Assembly: GCA_963665845.2 (NCBI GenBank)
Contig: OY762492.1
Span: 2,112,001 to 2,176,000, forward strand
DNA: 64,000 nt
Origin: Candidatus Poribacteria bacterium
GTDB taxonomy: Bacteria; Poribacteria; WGA-4E; GCA-2687025
Direction: 5' to 3'
Below the pieces are notes generated by a model. It had not been told where the DNA came from. It worked only from the letters and a program-made list of their open reading frames with translations, and did not search any database. Below are positions 29,548-38,393 of the stretch, piece by piece. Numbering within the stretch: position 1 is the stretch's first letter; each line of letters opens with the position of its first letter. The translations under genes and the position numbers were made by a program.

Positions 29548-30885
29548 TCATTTCATCAGCGGCATGACGACGCAGATGTAATCGTCCGTGTCCGACTCGC
29601 GCACCACGGCGGCGCTGTTGTGGTCTTTGAAGTCCAGAAACACCACCTCGGAACGGGCGGCTTCCAGCGCGTCCGCCAAGAACGTGTGCTTGAAGTCGAT
29701 GTCGAGCGGCTCCGTCGAGGCGGCGTTGATCTCCTCCTCCGCCTGCCCCGCCGCCGATATAGACGACAGCGCCAGATGATCCTCCTTGACGCTCAAGGTG
29801 AGCCGCAGCGTCGACCGGTCGGAGAACTGGCTGATGCGCCGTATCGCGTTCATGAGGGCGCCGCGGTTCACCTCCATTCGAATCGAGTTCGCTTTCGGGA
29901 TCAGTTCCCGGTATTCGACGTAGTTGCCGTCCTGGAGGCGGCTGATGAGCGTCTTGCCGCCGCTGTCGAACACGATCTGGGCGGCGGGGGAGTTTTCGCG
30001 CGTCACCGTTCCGACGCGCAGTTCGTCGTCCGCTTCAAAGGCGCGCAGAAGCTCGTCGGCGGCTTTTGTCGGCAGAAGGGCGCTCCATCTCGGACGCTCG
30101 CCGGCGGGCTGCTCTTCCTGTTCCTCCGCCTCTTCTTCCGCCTCCTCTTCCTCTTCGCCGCCGTTCTCTTCGCCATCCTCTTCGCCGGCGTTCTCTTCGG
30201 CTTCCTCGGCTTCTTCCGCCTCTTCGACGGGTCCGTTGCCGCTTTCTTCCGCCTCTTCCGGCTCGTTCTCTTCGCCGCTGTCTTCTGAATGGTCGCCGCT
30301 GTCCTCCGATACAGGATCGCCCCAGTCGCCGAGACCCTCCACATCGACATTTTTGACGGCGAGGCGCATGCTGTCGGTCGCCACGGAGCAGAGCCGGTCG
30401 TCAAACGCTTGGAAGAAAACGGCGTTCAGAACATACCGCGTCTCTTCCGAGGCGACGGCAAACTTGGTGCAGCGGATCAGCTCCTGCAGGTCGCCCGCCT
30501 TGATGCTGAAATCGAACCGGTCGGCGGTTTCAATGCGCGGAAATTCATCCGCGGCGATGCCGGGCAATTTGGCGGCAACCTTGCCGCACTGAACGGAGAT
30601 CTGCCGCCCGTCCAGCTTTTCGATGCGCACATGCTCGTCCGGCAATTCGCGCACGAAGGCAGCCAGCTTGGCGGCGGGCAGCGTCGCGCTACCCTCCTCT
30701 TCCACATGGGCGTCCACCCGCAGGCGCACGCTCACCTGGAGATCGGTCGCCGTCAAAACGGCGATGTCATCTTCAACATCGATCAGGACATTGGCGAGAA
30801 TGGGCAGCGAGCTTTTGGTCATCGCGACGCTCTGCAGCAGCTGCATCGCGCTGTTGAGTTCGGTTCGGTCAAATACAAGTTTCAT
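29548..30885 (-). CDS. dnaN: DNA polymerase III beta clamp with an acidic insertion
   Basis: PILANVL, ATDL, ETRYVLN, VATDSMRLA, SRLQDGNYVEY, VVMP. Lies between dnaA and recF. Confidence 0.93.
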   Translation of the reverse strand: MKLVFDRTELNSAMQLLQSVAMTKSSLPILANVLIDVEDDIAVLTATDLQVSVRLRVDAHVEEEGSATLPAAKLAAFVRELPDEHVRIEKLDGRQISVQCGKVAAKLPGIAADEFPRIETADRFDFSIKAGDLQELIRCTKFAVASEETRYVLNAVFFQAFDDRLCSVATDSMRLAVKNVDVEGLGDWGDPVSEDSGDHSEDSGEENEPEEAEESGNGPVEEAEEAEEAEENAGEEDGEENGGEEEEEAEEEAEEQEEQPAGERPRWSALLPTKAADELLRAFEADDELRVGTVTRENSPAAQIVFDSGGKTLISRLQDGNYVEYRELIPKANSIRMEVNRGALMNAIRRISQFSDRSTLRLTLSVKEDHLALSSISAAGQAEEEINAASTEPLDIDFKHTFLADALEAARSEVVFLDFKDHNSAAVVRESDTDDYICVVMPLMK

Positions 30886-30919
30886 TGCGGTTCCTTTCGC
30901 GTTTGATGCGGCGCGTCCG

Positions 30920-31300
30920 CGCCTTTATCTTTTTTAATTTAAAAATAGTAGCAGTAGTAGTAGGACCTGTGGAAAACGCGCGCAACCGCCATGAGTCCAG
31001 TGACCGCGCGCCATGGAGGCGTATGAAAACCGTTGGAAAACCGCCCCCGTAACTTTGTGAACAACTTTTGGAGAAACGGCATGCGCCGCTTTAGCCCAAA
31101 ACCGCCGGCAAAACGGCAACAGCCTTTCCAACGCTTTCCCACAAAATTGTCCACATGCGCATTTGAGCGGCAAAATCGGAGCGCGCCGTCCAAAACGCCA
31201 TGCGAATAACTTGTGGGAAAAAGATGTGGGAAATTGTGGATAACCCGTATAAACCCGCTTGTTATGCGGGTTTGCAGCGGTCGAGTTATCCACAAAAACG
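30920..31300. other. oriC: Chromosomal replication origin (oriC)
   Basis: Perfect DnaA boxes at 31235-31243 and 31286-31294. Near-consensus boxes at 30968, 31056, 31135, 31147, 31201, 31212 and 31225. DnaA-trios at 30946-30963 and an AT tract at 30924-30946. Located between dnaA and dnaN. Confidence 0.9.
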
Positions 31301-31369
31301 TTTCTGCTCCGCCGCGTTTTGTTCGGTAGTACGCGCATGCGGTGAACTTCATTTTTTGATTTTAAAGCG

Positions 31370-31605
31370 CCCGCGCTCTCATAGGCTGCCCCTGTGAAAA
31401 CGGGGGTTCCCCGCTTCCGGGAGGACATGCATTTCCGCGCCTGCGGTAATACGCGCGGGATTCTTAGCCGCCGCAGACGCTGTCCGCTCCTGCGGAAACC
31501 CCCCCAGCCCCCCTTTTCAAGGGGGGAGTCCAGAAGCGCCGCGCCCTCATAGCCTGCCCCCGTGAAAACGGGGGTCATTCCCGCGCAAGCGGGAATCTTA
31601 GGCGG
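31370..31605. repeat. REP cluster between dnaA and the DnaA boxes
   Basis: Two CTCATAG.CTGCCCC.GTGAAAACGGGGGT modules, CCCCCCTTTTCAAGGGGGG and an ATTCCC..GGGAAT palindrome. Confidence 0.85.
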
Positions 31606-31691
31606 CGACGAAGAACGGGGTTGTTCTTCGGAGCGCGCCGTCCATACCGCGTCCCCGATCAACATCGTCGCATGGGCGTACCGCCTTTTGT

Positions 31692-33107
31692 TCATGAGGA
31701 GGAGCCTCCGCGTTTCAAACGCCCGCCTTGAATCAGCTGTTTCAGCTTCTCGATCGTCTCCGCCGTCTCCGGATTTTCCTGCGCCTCTTTCTCGATTTTC
31801 AGGCATGCCGAATGAACGGTGCTGTGGTCGCGCCCGCCGAATTCGCGCCCGATGTCCATGAGCGAATCGTCGGTCAGCTGGCGGCAAAGATACATCGCCA
31901 TATGGCGCGCGTAGGCGACCCGCTTCGTGCGCCGTTTCGATTTCAGCTCCGCCGCGCTGACGCCGTAAAAATCGGCGGTCGTTTCCAGCGCCTGTTTTGA
32001 CGAGACGAACTCCGCCGCGCCGCCGCTGTTCGCGTCCCCGCCGAGAGCCTCCCGCGCCACCTCCGCGGTGATCGGAACGCGCAGCAGCCGCGCATGTTGA
32101 AATGCGGTCATCAGGGAGCCTTCCAGCTCGCGGATGTTGGAGGTGATGCGCTCGGCGAGATACTCCGCCGCCTCGTCCTCCATATCCACCGCGCCGATGT
32201 CCGCCGCTTTGCGTTTTAAAATGGCGACGCGCGTCTCATATTCCGGCGGGTAGATGCGCGCCGTCACCCCCCACAGAAACCGCGTTTTGATCCGCTCCTC
32301 GATCTCCGACATGTCGTTCGGCGCGTCGTCGCTGGCGAGAACAATCAGCTTGTTCGCGTTGTAAAGGTCGTTGAAAGTATGCAGGAACTCGATCTGGGTC
32401 TGCTCCTTTTTCTGAAGAATCTGGACATCGTCCATGAGCAGAACGTCGTTCGTGCGGTATTTATCGCGGACGAGCTGCGTTTGCGAGTTTCCGATCGCGA
32501 TGATCGTGTCGTTCAAAAACGTTTCGGCGGAGACGTAAAGCGTTTTGAGCTGCGCGCCCGATTCGACGATCGCGTTTCCGATGGCGTGGAGCAGGTGCGT
32601 CTTGCCGAGTCCGCTTCCGCCGGAGAGAAACAGCAGGTTGCATTGCCCGTTCACGGGGCGCTCCGCGACGCTCATGGCGGTGGCGGCGGCGAGTCGGTTG
32701 CTGGAGCCGATGATGAACCGCTCGAAGATGTATTGCGGGTTCAGTCCGCTGGGGCGGTCTTTTCCGATGGGGACGACGGCGGGCTGGCGCCGCCGAACCG
32801 GCAGGGGCGGCGCGATTTCGGTCGCGTCGTCTAGGGCGCGGGCGGGTCGGGGCGAGCCGCTTTCCGGCGCCGCGACATACTCCAGCTCAATCGGCTGGTT
32901 CGGATACAGCCGCTGGAGTATCGCTTTCATGGCGGGTGTGTGGCGCCGCTGTATGGCGTCGCGCGCCCAGGTGGAGGAGGTGATGATTCGGAGAAGGTTC
33001 TGTTCGGGTATGAATTCGCCGTCGGCCGGTTCCAGATACACGCACCGGCTGCCGTTCAGCGTTTCCTCGACAAAGTCGCGCCAAACAAAGCTGTTGGAGT
33101 CCGCCAT
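31692..33107 (-). CDS. dnaA: Chromosomal replication initiator
   Basis: LNPQYIFERF, GGSGLGKTHL, LLMDDVQ, NIRELEG, RHMAMYL, FGGRDHSTV. Confidence 0.97.
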   Translation of the reverse strand: MADSNSFVWRDFVEETLNGSRCVYLEPADGEFIPEQNLLRIITSSTWARDAIQRRHTPAMKAILQRLYPNQPIELEYVAAPESGSPRPARALDDATEIAPPLPVRRRQPAVVPIGKDRPSGLNPQYIFERFIIGSSNRLAAATAMSVAERPVNGQCNLLFLSGGSGLGKTHLLHAIGNAIVESGAQLKTLYVSAETFLNDTIIAIGNSQTQLVRDKYRTNDVLLMDDVQILQKKEQTQIEFLHTFNDLYNANKLIVLASDDAPNDMSEIEERIKTRFLWGVTARIYPPEYETRVAILKRKAADIGAVDMEDEAAEYLAERITSNIRELEGSLMTAFQHARLLRVPITAEVAREALGGDANSGGAAEFVSSKQALETTADFYGVSAAELKSKRRTKRVAYARHMAMYLCRQLTDDSLMDIGREFGGRDHSTVHSACLKIEKEAQENPETAETIEKLKQLIQGGRLKRGGSSS

Positions 33108-33254
33108 TTTCGCTCAACCTTCCGATGTTTCAATGGATATACGATTCTGCATAGGGCATGGTTGCGATTATCGTTTGCGCAGACGCCCTTCGTGCAGGTT
33201 AACGAACCAACCGCCCGCTTCACAACGTAAAAATGCTTCGCGCCCGACTTTGCG

Positions 33255-33455
33255 GTCAAGCGCGCGGGAATCTTAGGCGGCGCAGATCCCGTTCGCATTC
33301 GCCGAAACCGTCATCCTGCCAGACGTCATTCCCGCGCAAGCGGGAATCCAGAGGCAGACCCGAAACCGTCCGCGTTCGAGATTTGGCGTCAATTTCCGTT
33401 TCCGTTTGAACTAAGATTTTCAAGATTGGAAAGATTTCCATGATCGGCGTCATGC
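33255..33455. repeat. REP cluster upstream of dnaA
   Basis: CGTCATTCCCGCGCAAGCGGGAATCCAG plus a half GAACTAAGAT..AAGATT module. Confidence 0.8.
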
Positions 33456-33520
33456 TGAAAATGGGCGACCCGACCCGATACGCCGCGCTCCACGTTCAAA
33501 CGGCTTACCGCGCCGCCCTG

Positions 33521-33716
33521 CGCAGTAGTACTTCCATACAGGGATATTCGCGGCGCGGCGCGCCCGATTCCCCCCTTGAAAAGGGGGGCTAGGGGGTTTA
33601 AAAGACGGGCGCGGCGACTGCGATGCCTTAAGATTCCCGCTTACGCGGGAATGACGTCAGGCGGCGCCGACGCTTTAGGGTCAAAATGAAATTCATCGTA
33701 TGAGCGTACTGCCCCT
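33521..33716. mobile_element. MITE-like composite element with imperfect terminal inverted repeats
   Basis: Left end GCAGTAGTACTTCCATAC, right end GTATGAGCGTACTGC, enclosing two REP modules. Related copies at 2100-2249, 19382 and about 44545-44715. Confidence 0.55.
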
Positions 33717-33728
33717 GCGCAGTGGGGC

Positions 33729-33757
33729 TTGACATTTTAGCGTTTTGGACGCATACT
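33729..33757 (+). promoter_or_regulatory. Putative sigma70 promoter
   Basis: TTGACA-17 bp-CATACT. Confidence 0.6.
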
Positions 33758-33828
33758 ATATTAAAGAAATGACGCGCCCCGCGCCGCCGCTTTTTAAACA
33801 AAAAACAGAAACGGAAAAACCGCCTGAC

Positions 33829-34380
33829 ATGATCACCGTCCGAGAACTGTTCGAAGCGTGCATCGAATACGAGCTGACGAACGCCCGCGTCTATGCCGCC
33901 TTCATGATACGCCTCGGCGTTGACGACGAACGCGCCGCGCAATTCTGGGAAGAGATGAGCTCCGAAGAATGGGAACATTACATCATACTGAACTTCGGAC
34001 GAAGCCTGTGCGAACGCGCCGGCATGATGGGCGAACCCGCCCGAAACGTACAACCTGAAACGCTTGAAAAACTGAACGCGCTCGTCTCCCAAAGCGAAGA
34101 ACGCGCCGCAGGAGGACGCTACACGCTCAAAGAGGCGTTTCAGATCGCCATCGCCCTAGAATCCAGCGAAGTGGACTACCTGTTCTTGAACCTGATTCGC
34201 GTCATCCGTCAAGCGATCAACCGCCTCGGCGAATACCATCTCGAAAAACGCATCCAGGAAGCGAGCGGCGACATGCGCCATCATCTCGACAGCCTCGTCG
34301 CCGCCATCCGCCGCCTGGGGAACGACCCTGAACTGGTGCGCGAAGCGCGCGACGCCTTCTCCGCCGCGCCCGCGCGGTAG
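33829..34380 (+). CDS. Ferritin-like / rubrerythrin-like protein
   Basis: Four-helix pattern E...Y...FWEEMSSEEWEH...IALES...H. Start uncertain (33769 or 33829). Confidence 0.7.
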   Translation: MITVRELFEACIEYELTNARVYAAFMIRLGVDDERAAQFWEEMSSEEWEHYIILNFGRSLCERAGMMGEPARNVQPETLEKLNALVSQSEERAAGGRYTLKEAFQIAIALESSEVDYLFLNLIRVIRQAINRLGEYHLEKRIQEASGDMRHHLDSLVAAIRRLGNDPELVREARDAFSAAPAR

Positions 34381-34384
34381 ACTT

Positions 34385-34592
34385 CAGCCGCCCTTTTCAA
34401 GGGCGGAAACCCCCCCTGCCCCCCTTTTCAAGGGGGGAGTTTATGGCGCTCGGTCTACGTTCCCCCCTTTTCAAGGGGGGTTAGGGGGGTTTTAGCCGCT
34501 CGGTCTACGTTCCCCCCTTTTCAAGGGGGTTAGGGGGGTTTTAGCCGCGCGGTAAAACGGCGGATAAGATTCCCGTTTTCACGGGAATGACG
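34385..34592. repeat. Tandem CCCCCCTTTTCAAGGGGG modules plus a REP palindrome between convergent genes
   Basis: Three to four hairpin modules, two of them in a roughly 50-bp direct repeat; GATTCCCGTTTTCACGGGAATGAC. Confidence 0.85.
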
Positions 34593-34600
34593 GATCTGGG

Positions 34601-35911
34601 TCAGCCCTGAACCTGCGCCTCTGCCTCGTCCGCCTCTTTAGGTATGCCCGCTGTCAGGTTCTCATGCCCGTCCGCCGTAATGTGAACATCGTCCTCGATG
34701 CGGACGCCGACGCCGCGGTACGCCTCTGGGACGCTCTCGTCGTCTTCCGACACATACAGCCCAGGCTCTATCGTGAAGACGGCGCCCTCGCCCAGCAGAA
34801 ACGGCTCGCCGTCGATCTCCGCCGGGCCGGGGTCATGCACATCCAAGCCGAGATGATGCCCCGACCCGTGCATGTAGTATTGGCGGTAGGTTTTCTCTTC
34901 GATATGAGCGTCCACGCCGCGCCCGTCCAGCCAGCCCATCTCCACCATCGATTCGGTCAGCATTTTCACCGACATTTCATGGAGCTGTTTGAGCGGTATG
35001 CCGGGGCGCGCCGCTTCGATCATCGCCTTCTGGGCGCGCAGAACCGCCTCGTACATCTCGCGCTGGGCGGAGGAGAATTTGCCGTTGATCGGATAGGTCC
35101 GCGTCACATCGGAGGCGTAATGCCCGCGCATGGCGCCCGCGTCGATGAGCAGGACATCGCCGCCGCGCAGCGGGTCGTTGTTGTCGATGTAATGGAGGCA
35201 GGTGGAGTTGTTGCCGCCGCCGACGATGCTGGTATAGGCGGGTCCGTCGCCGCCTTTTTTTCTGAAGGCGCCGTCCAGCGCCGCTTCGATCTCGTATTCC
35301 CATCCGCCGGGGCGTATTTGCGGTACCGCTTCGGCGTACGCCTGTCGGGTGATTTCAGCCGCGCTGCGGATCATGTCGACCTCTTCGGGCGTTTTATGGA
35401 CGCGCAGGTTGGCGAGAAACCAGTCCAGGTCGCAGAATTCCAGCGCGCCGCGCCCCGACCTTCCGCTGGAGGTTGCCGATTCTCGGCATAGGCGGTGGAG
35501 CGTCTGTCCGCGCCGCGAGCTCATATCGGCGCGGAGGTAGATGCGCCATGCCAGATCGACAAGCGGCTTCAGTTTTTCTTCCAGTTCGTCTATGGGATGG
35601 GCGCTGTCGGCGTTGTATTCGTTGAGCGCGCCTTCGACGCCGGCGCGTTTTCCGTCCCACCGCTCGCTGACAGGGTCTTTCGGCGGGACGAAGAGCGTAT
35701 AGGAGCGTTCGCCGTTGTGTGAAAGCAGGACGGCGGCGGCGTTCGGTTCAGGAAAGCCTGTTAGGTAGAAAAAGCCGCTGTCTTGTCGAAACTTGACATG
35801 GTTTGGGGTTGTCGGTCCGGCGGAGACGATGAGGGCGGCGTTCTCGCCCATTTCGTCGAACGCTTTGCCGCGCCGCCCCGCAAAGAATTCAGATGTCAGT
35901 TTCGCGTTCAT
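34601..35911 (-). CDS. pepP: Xaa-Pro aminopeptidase P
   Basis: FRQDSGFFYLTGF, LHY, DAG...YASDVTRT, HGSGHHLGLDVHD, TIEPG, GVRIEDD. Confidence 0.94.
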   Translation of the reverse strand: MNAKLTSEFFAGRRGKAFDEMGENAALIVSAGPTTPNHVKFRQDSGFFYLTGFPEPNAAAVLLSHNGERSYTLFVPPKDPVSERWDGKRAGVEGALNEYNADSAHPIDELEEKLKPLVDLAWRIYLRADMSSRRGQTLHRLCRESATSSGRSGRGALEFCDLDWFLANLRVHKTPEEVDMIRSAAEITRQAYAEAVPQIRPGGWEYEIEAALDGAFRKKGGDGPAYTSIVGGGNNSTCLHYIDNNDPLRGGDVLLIDAGAMRGHYASDVTRTYPINGKFSSAQREMYEAVLRAQKAMIEAARPGIPLKQLHEMSVKMLTESMVEMGWLDGRGVDAHIEEKTYRQYYMHGSGHHLGLDVHDPGPAEIDGEPFLLGEGAVFTIEPGLYVSEDDESVPEAYRGVGVRIEDDVHITADGHENLTAGIPKEADEAEAQVQG

Positions 35912-36015
35912 GGTGGATTCCTTAGCCCGTGTTGGATGCGCTTTTGCTCAAGGCGCGCTGGGGGCATTATGCGCCATTTCGCCGGCGCATACAACGGCTT
36001 TCCGTATTTTTGCGT

Positions 36016-36300
36016 CGTTTTCTGTCATTCCCGCGCCGTTTTCTGTCATTCCCGCGCCGTTTTCTGTCATTCCCGCGTAAGCGGGAATCTTAGCGTCCGC
36101 CGTTGTCGTCTGAACTAGGATTGTCAAGATTGAAAAGATTGCCAAGAGATTCCCGCGCGCGGCGCTCTTGGCCATCTTAATCATCCTTCCATCCTAGTTC
36201 AAAACCAAGCGCAACCCGCGCTCAAAACCCCCCCTGCCCCCCTTTTCAAGGGGGGAGAGGAACGGAATCCCGCTTTTCAAGGGGGAATCGGACGCGCGGC
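36016..36300. repeat. Mosaic REP cluster with three 21-bp tandem half-REPs
   Basis: CGTTTTCTGTCATTCCCGCG at 36016, 36037 and 36058; GTCTGAACTAGGAT...ATCCTAGTTCA module; TTTTCAAGGGGG modules. Confidence 0.85.
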
Positions 36301-36390
36301 TCCGATTCCGCAAATGCCCGCCAAGCTCCCATGTTGCATGTTCGATCTGTATGATGTATCCTATACGTATGAAGGTCAGGGGATAGAGCG

Positions 36391-37272
36391 ATGCGGTTGA
36401 TGGCGGTGTGTTGCGCGGCGGTTTTCGCGTTGGCGGGATGCGTTTCGAACCCAAACAGGGGTCTGTCTCGGACGACGCTTGAGAACCGCGCCAAGATGAA
36501 AGAGAAGATGCCCTCCTACCAGATACTGGAGGGGAATCTCGGCGTCTCTGGGGAGGGGTTTGTTTTTGAAAACCAACGCTTCCGCTTTGAATTTAAAAAA
36601 GAGCTGACGGAGGTGGACGGTTACCGGACGGAAGAGGATCGGCGCGCCCGCGGGCTGACAGCGAGCAAGGAGTTGAACAGCAGCTACGATTTTGTGCGTC
36701 AACTTTTCGGCGTCGCCGCGCCGGACACGATCCGCGTCGTCATCCAAGAAAAATGGCCCAGCCCCTCCACCCCCGCGTACGTTTCATGGAGCTCCGTTGA
36801 CGGCATCGTCATGTATTTCGGGGTCGACTCCTTTCAAGACCGCTCCATTCTGGCGCATGAGATGGCGCACGCGCTGATCAGCCGCTTTCAGATACCGACC
36901 TGGCTGAACGAAGGCATCGCGACGCTGGTTGAAGTTGACCATGCCAAAAGCAAGCGGGAAGACATGAAGCTGCCGTCGCCGCTGCTGCTGGATTCGAACG
37001 GGTATAACGCCGTTCAAACATGGCGGTCGCACGAGGCGGAGGAGAATCAGTATTCCGAGATTGCAATGTACCGCGCTTCTTATAGTATTATAAAGGACGC
37101 GCTGCGCCGTTTTGGGAACGATGTTTTTTTGAAGTTCTTTCAGCGGCTGGACGCGGAAAAGCGCGGGCTGGGCGAATTGACGCTGCAGGAGATCATAGAG
37201 CGCATCGACCGCGTGACCGGACGACAGGACGCGCAGGCATTTTTTGAAGAACTCAAGTTCAGGATCGAGTAA
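36391..37272 (+). CDS. Lipoprotein zinc metallopeptidase (gluzincin/MA-like)
   Basis: LAGC lipobox; AHEMAH followed by PTWLNEGIA. Confidence 0.82.
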   Translation: MRLMAVCCAAVFALAGCVSNPNRGLSRTTLENRAKMKEKMPSYQILEGNLGVSGEGFVFENQRFRFEFKKELTEVDGYRTEEDRRARGLTASKELNSSYDFVRQLFGVAAPDTIRVVIQEKWPSPSTPAYVSWSSVDGIVMYFGVDSFQDRSILAHEMAHALISRFQIPTWLNEGIATLVEVDHAKSKREDMKLPSPLLLDSNGYNAVQTWRSHEAEENQYSEIAMYRASYSIIKDALRRFGNDVFLKFFQRLDAEKRGLGELTLQEIIERIDRVTGRQDAQAFFEELKFRIE

Positions 37273-37289
37273 CGAAAAGAGGAGGAACC

Positions 37290-38393
37290 ATGAAACACAC
37301 CATCGCATGGACTGCAGCCGCCGCCCTGCTCATCGGGGCTGTCGGATGCGCGCAACTGATCGGACCGCAGGCGCTGAGCGACAATTACGCGCTGATGGCG
37401 GGCGCCGAGTCGAACCGACCCGCTTTCATTGACGGAGACCGCAGCTCCGCCGCCGACACCGTCTTCCCGGCCGGCTCGTCGTCCCAGGGTGGACTTAGCC
37501 GGTCGCCGGCGAGCGAGGCGTATATCACTCTCCCGGTCGCCAAAACGATCAACCGCGTCAAGATCTATTCGGAGGAGCTGCTCGGAATCGATCTGTACGT
37601 GGAGGATCCGAAGCAAGGCTGGAAGCTGGAAGGCAGATACGACGGGCTGAAAGGTCCGGTTGTCGATCTCAAGCTGAAAGGCATTGTGCATACGAGCGGC
37701 GTCAAGGTGCGCGTCCGGCGCGCCGCGCATGACGCGCGCGCCTACCGCGAAAACACGGAATCGCGGGGCGGAACGGTCTACATTTCGGGGCGGACGCGCG
37801 CCGCCGCCAAAATTTATGAGATTGAGCTGTACGGGCCGGCAGGCTCCTCAGGGGGCGACGATGTGATCGAAGCGACGGCGAACGCCGACGTCGCGCTGAA
37901 GCTGGAAGGCATGGAGGACATGACGCCGGCGGAGCCGCAGCTTGCTCCAAAGCCCACAACGGAGCTCGGAGCCGCCCCGAACTTCACCCTGCCGAAACTG
38001 GACGGAACGAACCTGTCGCTGTCCGATTACAAAGGGCGCGTCGTCCTGGTCAACTTCTGGGCGACCTGGTGTCCGCCGTGCGTCGCTGAAATGCCCGATC
38101 TGCAGGCGGTGCGGGACGAGCTGAATCCGCGCGGCTTTGAGGTGATCGCCATCTCGCTTGACAGCGGGGCGGGCTTCAAAGAGAAGGTGAAAAATTTCGT
38201 GAGAGATCATGGCATCACCTTCCCTGTCGTGTTTACGGACGGTTCGGTCAGCGGACAATACGGCGGAGTGCCCAACATACCGACCACCTTCATCGTGGAC
38301 GCGAACGGCAACATCGTCAGCAAGCTTGTCGGAGGGAGAAACTACGGGCAGTTCAAAAAAGCCGTAGAAGAGGCATACGGCCCGCTTGAGTGA
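37290..38393 (+). CDS. Lipoprotein with a C-terminal TlpA/ResA-type thioredoxin domain
   Basis: AVGC lipobox; APNFTL, VNFWATWCPPC, IPTTFIVD. N-terminal beta-rich domain may be discoidin-like. Confidence 0.85.
   Translation: MKHTIAWTAAAALLIGAVGCAQLIGPQALSDNYALMAGAESNRPAFIDGDRSSAADTVFPAGSSSQGGLSRSPASEAYITLPVAKTINRVKIYSEELLGIDLYVEDPKQGWKLEGRYDGLKGPVVDLKLKGIVHTSGVKVRVRRAAHDARAYRENTESRGGTVYISGRTRAAAKIYEIELYGPAGSSGGDDVIEATANADVALKLEGMEDMTPAEPQLAPKPTTELGAAPNFTLPKLDGTNLSLSDYKGRVVLVNFWATWCPPCVAEMPDLQAVRDELNPRGFEVIAISLDSGAGFKEKVKNFVRDHGITFPVVFTDGSVSGQYGGVPNIPTTFIVDANGNIVSKLVGGRNYGQFKKAVEEAYGPLE

Noticed and set aside
30934-31887. 317-aa ORF spanning the dnaA-dnaN gap
   Set aside because: It is translated REP and oriC sequence (IPACAGMT, PLEKGGWGG) and overlaps dnaA out of frame.
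33108-33760. rpmH/rnpA or a DnaA-box cluster upstream of dnaA
   Set aside because: Neither was found; the region contains REP modules and a promoter.
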